A stretch of DNA of 64,000 nt from Clostridiales bacterium (GTDB lineage: Bacteria; Bacillota; Clostridia; Christensenellales; Borkfalkiaceae). The position numbers were made by a program, and so were the translations under genes. Numbering within the stretch: the stretch's first letter is position 1; each line of letters begins with the position of its first letter. The notes under the pieces are model-generated. The model was given only the letters and a program-made list of their open reading frames with translations. It was not told where the DNA came from and searched no databases. The stretch covers positions 4,385 to 68,384 of the forward strand of contig SVIM01000004.1 in the NCBI GenBank assembly GCA_015069485.1, given 5' to 3'. This document shows, in pieces, positions 9,501 through 18,000 of this stretch.

Positions 9501-10997
9501 GCCGGAAAGCGCCGCTACCGCGTTGACTTCACCCGTTGCAAAGCTATCGGAAATAATGGTTTCGTTTTCGGCGTAGCCTACTAAACCACCCGCGCTTGCA
9601 TAGCTGAATTCAGGAATAAATTCAACGTCCGTTCTGGAGGTTTGAGCGTACACGTCAGCAAGTGAGTAGCTGTTTACTATTGCCGTGTAAGCGCCCATAG
9701 TACCAACTAAACCGCCCGAACGCATTGCGCCGGTTATCGTGCCCCTTGCGTAGCTGTTTGCCACGTAGGAGGTTGCTGTTTCGTCTTCTGCGTACATATA
9801 ACCAGCCAAGCTACCCGCCGAGAATACGAGACCGGAGTTTGCAAAGATATCTACTTCTACGTTAGCGTATGCGATAGAGGAAACGAATCTTACGTCGTAA
9901 TCAGCAAAGAAAGCAGATTGCTGAATACCGATTAAACCGCCTACGTACGCGGGGTTAACGTCGTTAGCGTATACGTTAATTTCACCGCCGATGGAACGAC
10001 ACGCCCATACGTTTGCGCCGTAGCCAAAGCCGATTATACCGCCTACGCCTATCGCGTAATCAGATTCGAAATCGCTGGTTATAGTTGCGTTTATTACGTA
10101 ATCTTCGATAGTTACGTTATAAATAGTACCGCCGTTGGAATCGTTGCCGTTAAACTGAACGATACCGAAAATACCAACGTAGGTTTGGTCAACGGCGTTA
10201 ATAACGAAGTTTTTTAACGTCCAGCTGTTACCGATAAAGTATCCGTTAAATACTGCAGTATCGATATTGCCGTCACCGATAATGGGGAATTCTTCACCCT
10301 TAAAGTCGATATCGTTATTAAGTCCGTAATAAGCGGAGGTAAAGTTAGGGTCGCCTTCGTTAATTCTGTCTGCGATATATTTGATATCCGTAGGGGAAGA
10401 AAGCCAGTAAAGATCGTCCACGCCGGTACCGCGACCTTGAATTTCTACTTGGTCTTCAATAACGCCTTCTACTCTAATTTCAACGTCTTCGGTTACGGTA
10501 ACTGAATATAAGCCGTTAGTACCAAGTATTTGCTCGTCGTTTGCAAAAACCTTAAAATTGGGAGTATCAATCAAGTAATAAGCACCGCAGTCAACGCTGA
10601 AATCTACCACCGTATTTGCGGGAACCTTACTGCCGGAAGCTACGTCGGTTAAGTATTTAACGCCCGCAACCGCGTCGCTAAAGGTTACGCTATAACCGGA
10701 AAGACCGCTTGAATAAATTGCAGTTAAGGTAACGTTTGAATTTACCGCTGAAGCAAAATCGTATTCGGATTCACCGTCGAGCGACCAGAATACGAAAGCA
10801 TCCCCTTCCTTAACGGGGTCGGTTTCGGGCTTAGATACAGCTTCGCCCTTTTCTACGGTTACGGTTTGTTCGCCTTGAAAAATACCGCCGTTTGCATCAA
10901 ACGTAACGGTACAGGAGGAATTGCCTGCGCAAGCAAAACCGAAAACCGCACATACACAGCTAATTGCCAACAAAATGGCTGCTAAAAATTTTTTCAT
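6510..10997 (-). CDS. Large secreted lipoprotein-like surface protein with an InlB B-repeat (Listeria-Bacteroides repeat) and GLUG motifs
   Basis: The track ORF is 6510-11009. I prefer ATG 10997 (MKKFLAAILLAISCVCAVFGFACAGN), which has GGAG 6 nt upstream. TVTFDANGGIFQGEQTVTVEKGEAVSKPETDPVKEGDAFVFWS matches the InlB B-repeat pattern. Repeated GGLIG/GGLVG/AGSLAG blocks (e.g. SAGGLVGYAENETIISDSFATGEVNA) match the GLUG motif. About 900 aa of degenerate beta-rich Y.FDG.G repeats follow. Confidence 0.8.
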   Translation of the reverse strand: MKKFLAAILLAISCVCAVFGFACAGNSSCTVTFDANGGIFQGEQTVTVEKGEAVSKPETDPVKEGDAFVFWSLDGESEYDFASAVNSNVTLTAIYSSGLSGYSVTFSDAVAGVKYLTDVASGSKVPANTVVDFSVDCGAYYLIDTPNFKVFANDEQILGTNGLYSVTVTEDVEIRVEGVIEDQVEIQGRGTGVDDLYWLSSPTDIKYIADRINEGDPNFTSAYYGLNNDIDFKGEEFPIIGDGNIDTAVFNGYFIGNSWTLKNFVINAVDQTYVGIFGIVQFNGNDSNGGTIYNVTIEDYVINATITSDFESDYAIGVGGIIGFGYGANVWACRSIGGEINVYANDVNPAYVGGLIGIQQSAFFADYDVRFVSSIAYANVEVDIFANSGLVFSAGSLAGYMYAEDETATSYVANSYARGTITGAMRSGGLVGTMGAYTAIVNSYSLADVYAQTSRTDVEFIPEFSYASAGGLVGYAENETIISDSFATGEVNAVAALSGYAKSGDILGSYDEANTAAPSANVTIVYNCYHESSGVDLASADFARETLKWPDYDWYFNGDQYLDENGDIVITLDPNTNEPIKYPVINFGQYDDDTFDITIDFNGKTVNGRGTQSIAIDGYHVPFGFWYLNEDIEEFFNADDNTQSYGYFLDKECTIPVPFAYVATRDVTVYVGFMDYSEVAGDYYIVDGSTSKLLPLTLYADGRFSYPDGDATAWSTYVFNGEYITLRNARLARFATDRIGVSLDGGITYVTVMDTLKTMNFRANITADGLKIYDGTYLLESKPLIANKNYNLKGEYYATVDGSSVVIEFLTDSTGRYDGNAFTYEVEDGLLFMYVGDGILTGTVSDGKQITINGSTLNTYDKYEGVWEVSATINKQYYFDGMGNWQYAYYEYVSSGFNVDDNILDSQSGTYTVNPNGTLTLSNGATASFDEDNNLVIVNGNLTQTYSKQYGFKGTWTSLTSSTVQDEIVLTLNGINLDGEGFGTLEYVGIDKYDITYNVYGENVISIYVDGEIYGVFTFNRASNTFNASTYLASTAAVADNVQFVRYDDYLGEWISESDLFELITFNGYGSYNYVEQGISGELQIGDSFTAYTLLNSTLNGTFEYDGVEYAIAYNDETQTITITYGSNSVTLERKDIFGYQTLTDSQGATYKFDGYGNLSNGGKLTVTTADGEEAEYGYKIDGTGADVYLNGELYATIQRGENSYLYTAGQNTTNLFIYSNFTGVWAINEAYHTFEVGSMDLNGVMQATYLGTDVEVTLIDEENATFVYQGTKLYVFYLGGENTKNIAISPNENLGIGDYVFATPTDDMFGKNFDLTVQRNGSIIRQSTLQFDGTGYCEYAYGLAMITTRVSNSTTQTIYYYRYVNGAYIMWNADATGGTIQYYKLESCELDTEGAYVDSEAGEAYLLKEIDSLFGTVAYDADGAEYLFDGMSYGDTKGTVTVSKNGEVIKTYKYDIISFNANLTATIIFYDGDTEIDVTLDYSVEGRYTLSFDE

Positions 10998-11359
10998 TAA
11001 GTACTCCATATATTCTTTAATTTTTTTACTTAATTTAACACTTTAAAGCCCTAAATTGCCACTTTTTTGGCTAAGGGCACAAAGTGAGAGTCTAAATAAT
11101 TATACAATAGTTTAATAAAAAATACAAGTAATTTACTCTTTCAAACACAAATTTATTCTTAATTTATGCATATAAATGTTGATATTTTTGCTATTATTTT
11201 ACTGCGCGGACTTTTTTAGCCGTCGCTTTACCATTTATTATAATATTTAATTAATTTAGTCGTTTTTGTGCATATTCTTTTATTCATACATTTATACATT
11301 TATTCATACAAAACTATACAATTATACATAATTTGTAAAACTGTTTTTGCGGTATTTGC

Positions 11360-11388
11360 TTGACTTAAAAAGCATTATAATATAAAAT
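11360..11388 (+). promoter_or_regulatory. Sigma-70-like promoter for the 11453-14051 operon
   Basis: TTGACT (11360-11365), 17-nt spacer, TAAAAT (11383-11388). It lies about 65 nt upstream of ATG 11453. Confidence 0.45.
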
Positions 11389-11452
11389 ATTCTTTAAGGC
11401 GAACGCCTAAATTTTTAGAGCGAAGCGTCTAAATTAAAGTTAAGGAGAAATT

Positions 11453-12334
11453 ATGACTGACAAAAAAGCGCGAAGCCTGCGCTTAATATACGGAATTTGC
11501 CTTTCGGTGCTAACCGTTATCGTCGCGTTGCTGTTTATTATTCAATCGCAGACTATATTTTGGCAAGGCGGTGGGATAGCCGGCTCTTACACCCGTGATA
11601 TTGTAGGGGAAAAGCTTTTGCAAATTTTAGCGCCCGTATTACTTTGGCTTGTTGCAGTTGTTGCAGGCGCAATTATTTGGAAGATTTATCCTGAAAAGCA
11701 AAGCAAGCTTTGCTCGTCGTTTAGCGAAAGGGAAAAGCTTGAAAGGATTAAAGGCAAGCTTCCGCAAAAGCTTGACGAGGACTGTTATTTAAAGGATATA
11801 ACGGCGTTAAACAACAAGGAGCTTTACCGTAAAGTAGTTTGGGGTGCGGTTTTTGCCGTATGCTTGTTCGCCACTATTATGTGCGCGATATACCTACTTA
11901 ACCCTGCAAATTATTCAAAGGCGGGCTCGGCGGAATTTAACCCTACGGCGGATACGATTAAAATGCTCCCCCACACTCTTCCCTACCTTTTCGCAGCCTT
12001 CGCTTGCCTTATAGGCGCAACTATTTACGAAGAAATTAACGCTAAAAAGCAATCTGAATTAGTTAAGGGCCTTATTAAAGCCGGAGCGAAAAACGGATTA
12101 AAGCTTAGCGCAGAAAAACAAAATACTACCCCCTGCAAATATAAGTTTATCGAAAATTTAATTAGCGTATGCAAAAAACACCAAAAGACTTTGTTGCTTG
12201 CCGTAAGATGCGCAATTTTGGTAGCAGGTATAACGCTTATAGTTTTAGATATTACGCTTTTAGGCGGAAAAGGAATTAGCGACGTTTTGCTTAAAGCCAT
12301 TAACATTTGTACGGAATGTATAGGTTTGGGGTGA
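11453..12334 (+). CDS. Polytopic membrane protein (about 5 TM) with a C-terminal CxxC tail (..AINICTECIGLG)
   Basis: AAGGAG lies 6 nt upstream of the ATG. Hydrophobic segments sit at about aa 11-31, 57-77, 127-148, 176-193 and 246-268. The protein ends in CTEC. Its stop is 4 nt before the next ATG, which implies coupling with 12339-14051. Confidence 0.75.
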   Translation: MTDKKARSLRLIYGICLSVLTVIVALLFIIQSQTIFWQGGGIAGSYTRDIVGEKLLQILAPVLLWLVAVVAGAIIWKIYPEKQSKLCSSFSEREKLERIKGKLPQKLDEDCYLKDITALNNKELYRKVVWGAVFAVCLFATIMCAIYLLNPANYSKAGSAEFNPTADTIKMLPHTLPYLFAAFACLIGATIYEEINAKKQSELVKGLIKAGAKNGLKLSAEKQNTTPCKYKFIENLISVCKKHQKTLLLAVRCAILVAGITLIVLDITLLGGKGISDVLLKAINICTECIGLG

Positions 12335-12338
12335 TAGT

Positions 12339-14051
12339 ATGAAATTTTTTAGTAAAGTAAAACAATGGTTTATTGATCATAAGCCCACGAAGAGAAGATT
12401 AATTCAAATTTATTCAGCGTTGCTTTACAACGCAAATATTAAAGGGTTTTTTACAGGACAAATTTCTAAAAGCAACTCTAAATTGGCGTGCGTGCCCGGC
12501 TTTAATTGCTATAGCTGTCCCGGTGCGATAGGCGCTTGCCCATTAGGCTCGTTACAAAACGCCTTGGCGGCCTCCGGAACTACTGCGCCAATGTACGTAA
12601 TAGGCATAATTTTGCTGTTTGGATTGTTGCTTGGACGCACTATATGCGGCTTCCTTTGCCCCGTTGGACTACTTCAAGAGTTAGCTTATAAAATTAAAAC
12701 GCCCAAGGTTAAAAAGGGTAAGGTTACAAGAGTACTTTCCTACCTTAAATACGTTTTGCTTATAGGCTTGGTAATTTGCATACCCGTAATGTATCAGGCG
12801 GGCGTACCTGCATTTTGTAAATACATATGCCCCGTAGGTACTTTGGAAGGCGGTATTGGAATTTTGGCAAACCCGAATAACGAAAACATGCTTTCTATGC
12901 TAGGCCCGTTATTCACTTGGAAGTTTTTAGTTTTAGTAGCGATTATCGTTGCCTGCATTTTTATTTACAGATTCTTTTGTAGATTCCTTTGCCCCCTTGG
13001 CGCAATTTACGGATTCTTTAACAAAATTTCTATTTTAGGCGTAAAGCTTGATAAAAATAAGTGTACCGATTGCGGACTTTGCGTTGCGCATTGTAAAATG
13101 GACATTAACCACGTTGGCGACCACGAATGTATTAGCTGTGGCGACTGCATTAAAATTTGCCCGGCAAACGCTATTTCGTGGAAGGGTTCTAAATTGTTTA
13201 TTCACCCTAACGCAATCGATACGACGCCCGTAAAGGAAGAAAAGGTTAACCTTTTAGCAATGGCTTCAAAGGTAACCGAAGAAACGGTTTTAGAAGAAGG
13301 CGCAACGGCACAAAGCGAAAATACGGTTGGTGCTGACAGCGCAAATATTAGCGAAAACACCGGCATATATGCCCAAACGAGCGAAATTTCGCAAGGTGAT
13401 TTTGCAAATGACAAAACGGTTAGCGACGATGGCGAAAAGCCCACCCTTACCCCCGAGCAAAAAATTAAAAAAAGAAATTTTTGGTTGGAATTTAGCGCTT
13501 GGGCAGTAGCCCTTGTAATTCTTGCAGGCGCTCTCGTTTATTATAATTTTATATTAAAGGACGAAGCGCCCGTAACTAACCTTGTGGGACAGGAGTGCCC
13601 CGAATTTACCGTAGAGCTTTTAGATGATTTTAGCGAGTACTCTCCTTCCGATTCAAGAGGAAAAATTACCATTTTAAACTTCTGGTACACGGACTGCGCG
13701 CCTTGCGTTGCAGAATTGCCCCACTTTGAAGAATTGTACGAGGATTTTGGTGAAGATATTTATATAGTTGCTCTTCATAGCTACGGCTTTAGCCAAATCG
13801 AGCAAGGCAGCACGCTTGTTGAAGATTATATTTACGACTGTGGTTGGGATAGCTGGAATATAAACTTTGCCATTGACGTTCCCCAACAGACTGAAGACGG
13901 ACAAAAAGAAATTTACGATTTGATGGGCGGAAGCAACGGCTCTTACCCTATGACCGTAATAGTTGACCAAGAAGGCGTAATTGTTTTCCATAAAATAGGT
14001 AGCGTAACCTACGACGAATTAGAAAAACAAATTAACGACCTTTTACAGTAA
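12339..14051 (+). CDS. NapH/MauN-like membrane polyferredoxin (CxxCP/CxxxCP motifs plus 2x[4Fe-4S] ferredoxin domain) fused by a linker and one extra TM to a TlpA/ResA-type thioredoxin-fold domain
   Basis: Motifs seen: CYSCPGAIGACPLG, CGFLCPVG, CKYICPVG, CRFLCPLG, then CTDCGLCVAHC...CISCGDCIKICP. A low-complexity linker of about 110 aa follows. Then comes the TM segment FWLEFSAWAVALVILAGALVYYNF. The last domain is thioredoxin-like, with ILNFWYTDCAPCVAELPHF (CxxC = CAPC). Confidence 0.85.
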   Translation: MKFFSKVKQWFIDHKPTKRRLIQIYSALLYNANIKGFFTGQISKSNSKLACVPGFNCYSCPGAIGACPLGSLQNALAASGTTAPMYVIGIILLFGLLLGRTICGFLCPVGLLQELAYKIKTPKVKKGKVTRVLSYLKYVLLIGLVICIPVMYQAGVPAFCKYICPVGTLEGGIGILANPNNENMLSMLGPLFTWKFLVLVAIIVACIFIYRFFCRFLCPLGAIYGFFNKISILGVKLDKNKCTDCGLCVAHCKMDINHVGDHECISCGDCIKICPANAISWKGSKLFIHPNAIDTTPVKEEKVNLLAMASKVTEETVLEEGATAQSENTVGADSANISENTGIYAQTSEISQGDFANDKTVSDDGEKPTLTPEQKIKKRNFWLEFSAWAVALVILAGALVYYNFILKDEAPVTNLVGQECPEFTVELLDDFSEYSPSDSRGKITILNFWYTDCAPCVAELPHFEELYEDFGEDIYIVALHSYGFSQIEQGSTLVEDYIYDCGWDSWNINFAIDVPQQTEDGQKEIYDLMGGSNGSYPMTVIVDQEGVIVFHKIGSVTYDELEKQINDLLQ

Positions 14052-14069
14052 AAATTTAAGTAAATTTTA

Positions 14070-14108
14070 GGGCGCAGATTTTTTAACTCTGCGCCCACCT
14101 TTTTTATT
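14070..14108 (+). terminator. Rho-independent terminator after 12339-14051
   Basis: GGGCGCAGA (14070-14078) pairs with TCTGCGCCC (14088-14096). A T-run follows at 14100-14105. Confidence 0.7.
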
Positions 14109-14205
14109 TAGCCACCTTTACCTTACTATTTTGCCCTATTATTATTCTACCTTTGTTTTATCGTTTTGCCCTGTTTTTTACGCCACGATAATAGACAAAA
14201 AGTAT

Positions 14206-14233
14206 TATTGCATAGCATATATGCTACGATTAA
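14206..14233 (+). repeat. Copy of the recurrent intergenic AT-core palindrome element
   Basis: TATTGCATAGCATATATGCTACGATTAA. It contains the perfect palindrome TAGCATATATGCTA (14213-14226). A terminator hairpin follows directly. Confidence 0.55.
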
Positions 14234-14265
14234 AAAAAACGCTAACAAACCGTTAGCGTTTTTTA
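14232..14265 (-). terminator. Bidirectional-type terminator downstream of the lipoprotein gene 14285-14935
   Basis: AACGCTAAC (14238-14246) pairs with GTTAGCGTT (14252-14260). It is flanked by an A-run and a T-run. Confidence 0.65.
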
Positions 14266-14284
14266 TTGCTTTAATTTTAATTTA

Positions 14285-14935
14285 TTATTCTTCGATAGCC
14301 TGAACCGTTACGGTTATTTCAGTTTTAGTTGCCGAAACGGCTACGTCGGAGGAAACGATTTCGTAATCTCTGCTAGACGCCGCGTTTAAGATTACAACGT
14401 AATCGTTAGGTACTGCGGAAATAGTAGCCTTTCCGTCGTCGCCCGTTCTTACGCCGTCGGTTTTATTGCTTTCGTTTGCAGCTTCTTGAAGTCTTACGCC
14501 AACGTTAGAAACTACCGCGCCGTCACCGTCAACCACGGTTATAACGTAATCGATAAGGTTTTTAACTACGATAGAATATTCGGAATCTTCTTTCGTAGTA
14601 GTAACCGCTGCCGTTGTTTCGAGCTGTTTTAAATCTTCGGTGAGAATATGAATTTCGTATTCAGCGGGATTAACGTGCAACACTAAAACGCCGTTTGCAT
14701 CGGTTTTTGCTTCTGACTGAAGGCAAGTATCGCCCAAGCAGTATTGAATATAATGATCCTTAACTGCGTTTCCGTCTTCGTCCTTTACGGTAAATTTATA
14801 AGATGCGGTAGTAGGGTCGCTATCTGCCCAATCTGCACCGCCGTCCGTATTTCCGCAAGCTACGAATAAAGACGCCGTGCAAGCCGTTAATACGGAAAGG
14901 CAACCAATAATTATTTTTTTAAATAAATTTTTCAT
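14285..14935 (-). CDS. Lipoprotein built from two prealbumin/carboxypeptidase-regulatory-like Ig-fold modules
   Basis: Signal peptide and lipobox: MKNLFKKIIIGCLSVLTACTASLFVAC|GN. The modules YKFTVKDEDGNAVKDHYIQ...EYEIHIL and YVITVVDGDGAVVSNVGVRL...DYVVIL are the same type as in the adjacent 15022-18522 protein. Confidence 0.75.
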   Translation of the reverse strand: MKNLFKKIIIGCLSVLTACTASLFVACGNTDGGADWADSDPTTASYKFTVKDEDGNAVKDHYIQYCLGDTCLQSEAKTDANGVLVLHVNPAEYEIHILTEDLKQLETTAAVTTTKEDSEYSIVVKNLIDYVITVVDGDGAVVSNVGVRLQEAANESNKTDGVRTGDDGKATISAVPNDYVVILNAASSRDYEIVSSDVAVSATKTEITVTVQAIEE

Positions 14936-15021
14936 AAATACTCCTTTTATCTTTCTTTCTAAAGGTTTATCGTTATACGGTTAGCTTACCCCACGGATTG
15001 CGGGGTAAGCGTATATACGGT

Positions 15022-18000
15022 TTATACTACGGCGTAGCTACAAGCAAGAAGCCAGCTGTTAGGCGACAAAATAGATTCGTCGGTGGGATGTGTGAAGATG
15101 CTGCGTGAGAAGAAGAGCATAATTTCGTAAAGCTGTTCGTCCACCGCAACGAAGCCTTCAAGGTTACCCTCGTTAGCTTCTGCTTCGGCAAGATATTCTT
15201 CCATTACGGAAGTCCAGTCTTCGCCGTAAACACCGCCTATTTGAACGTCTTCAAAGTTGAAGGTATGATATACTCCGTCGTCAACGGTAGTACGTCCGGT
15301 AATAAAGTCTGCAAGAACCTCGCCGTTAGAGAACATATAGGTTGTGCCAGTTAAGTTAAGGTAAATTAATCCGCCTTGACTGCCGTTATAAAGCTTATGG
15401 TGGTAATATCCGTCGTCACCGAGCATAAAGTCGATACAGTTTGCAGCATACCACTCGCCCGTTTCATCATCAAATACGTGAGGGCCTTCACCTGCAGCAA
15501 TTAACTCGCCTGAGCTTTCGTTACCGTAATGTGTTACCCTTACGTTAAAGTCGCCGGTTGCAGGATGAGCGTACATAGTTATAAGGAGATATACCTTTTC
15601 GCCTTGCTTAAGGTTAACTTCAAATCTAAAGTCTTCCATATAGCCTTCGGGGCCGAAGTAGCTGCTTGAGCCGTTAGTGCCTTGCATTACGTAGGATTTA
15701 AATCCGAACTCATCCACTACCTCGCGCATAATCCAAGCTTGAGATTGAGCGTTATCGGTGGACTTGAATTCGTAGAAGCCTGCTTCTTCTGCGGTAAATA
15801 CGTGGTAAATACCTCTAGGTACGGGCGTTTTGTTAATTACTACGTGGTTATCACCTTCGTGAAGCTCAATTGCGGTGTGAGTTGCAAGACCCTTAATGGG
15901 GTTTTCCATTTCTCCGCCCGCAGGTCCGTAATAATCGTAATAAACGCACATTTCAAGCCAAACTTCGTTTGCTTCGCCGGTAAATTCATTATACGTACCC
16001 TTTTGGTCGCCAAGGTTTGCAGCAATTAATTTTAACACGTCTGCCATTTCTTCGTTTACGGGAACGTAGCCTTCTATATCAGACCAAGCGGCAAGGTGCG
16101 CAAACGAGTTCGTTCCTGCTATAATTTCTTTATAGTCAACGCCGTTAAATACGCAATAGCCGTCGTCTGCAAGATTAAATATCGTGGTGTTGGGATTCCA
16201 CTGCGTGCCGTACTGAGTAATTACCGCCATAAGAAGAGGGCCGTTTTCGTTATAAACGTGATAGAAGCCGTCTTCTGCGTTAAACACTACGTCAACGTAG
16301 TGCTCGTATTTCATTTCGCTATTAGTTGCAGTATAATTTTCGTTAGCACCGAATGCTGCGTAACGGAAAATGCTTGTGGGAACATTGATTGCATCTTCGG
16401 TTAAAATACGCATATTGCTGATTTCAACCTTTTCGCCTTCATACGCCGTCGTGCGGTCTTTATTATAGCACAACGATAAAGTATATTCTCCGTCAACGGG
16501 TACAACGTAAGCGAAGCAAGTTCCACTTATCGTACCACTTAAACTTTGCATAATTTGATTATCGATTAATACGTATAATACGTCGTAACCGAATTCAGTA
16601 GAAATATTGTAATCGAAAGTAATTACGTCACCGGCTTTAGCAGTAAAATCAGAATGAATATTTGCGAAAGTAAAGTTTAATAATTTATCGCTTTGTCTTA
16701 CGTTACTTGCATGGATACCGTTTCCGTTTGCATTGGGAAGCCAAGGCCAAGCATATTCAAAGTCAGAAGAATCTTCAGACTCGAAATAGTAAGTAAAGTT
16801 ACAATTTTGACCGTTAAGCGCCTGAGCTACAGATTCAACGCTGGGATTGTCAATATCGGGCTTTATTCTTTCGCCAGAGTTATCGGGAAGAGGTTCCCCA
16901 CCGCCGCCAGAGCCACCGATTTGTTGAACGTAGTCGTCTGCAATATAACGGTCGAAAATTCTTGCCCATTCGCCTTGAACTACGATAGAGCCCGTGTGCG
17001 CTTCGGTTATAACGCCGTATCTATCGACAAATACGGTTGTGGGAATACCACCTGACGAGAAGCGTGAAAGCATTGAGTAAATGCCGTTATCTTCTGCAAA
17101 AGGCATACCGTTTAAGCCTTCGTCGGAGCTGAAGTCGTAGCATGCGTCTAACGAGTCGGAAGTAGAAACCGCAATAACTTCTACGACGTCGCTATACTGT
17201 AAATACGCGCCGTAAAGGGCGGGGAATTCACTTCTACAAGGACCGCACCAGGTTGCCCAAAGGTTGATTACTACAAGCTTCTTTTCTTCTAAAATTTCAG
17301 AAAGAGTTAATTCTCCTTCCGTAGTTTCGATAACGAGCTCGTACATAACGTCGCCGAGAGAGTAGGTAAAGTTTTTATCGGGGGTTTGATCCTTAATTAC
17401 TTCCGTGGTAAGGGTTGCGTAGCCTTGGCTGTTGCCTGCGGTGAGCTCAACGAAATCCGAGCCCTGCATTGCGTAGCCTAAATCAAGGTCTTCTACTGCT
17501 ACGTTATAAGTTGCAGCGGGAAGATAAACTATTGCAACGCCGTCGGAATTAGTGTTAGCGTGGCTTACGAAAGTATCTTCTAAATAGAAAGCAACCTTAA
17601 CGCCTTCCATTAAACGACCGCCGATATTATCTACGGTTAAGGAATATTCAATAGCTTCCGTGCCTTCGGGCGCAACGTTGATGGTTACGTCTTCGCCAAC
17701 TATTTTTAAGGTTTTGGAGTTTGCGCCTAAAACGGAGTAGCCTTGTAAGCTGCTTACTACCCTTAATTCGTATGCATAAGCGGGAAGGGTGAATTCTATT
17801 CTACCGTCACCGTCGGTGGTTAAGGTATCTACCACTTCTCCTCTTTTTAATACTTCTATTTCAGCGCCTTCTACAACCTCGCCTAAATGCGTTCTTACGG
17901 TTGCGCTATAGGTTACGTCTTGAACGTTAAGATTGATGGTAACGCTAGACTTTTCTTGGCTTACGGTGTAGTAGCCGTTGCTACCTTCTTCCGTATTAGC

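Noticed and set aside
12025-13991. Short ORFs overlapping or antisense to 11453-14051 (12025-12306, 13048-13233, 13202-13444, 13327-13509, 13674-13991)
   Set aside because: They are embedded in well-supported CDSs with clear Fe-S and thioredoxin motifs. None has an independent signal.
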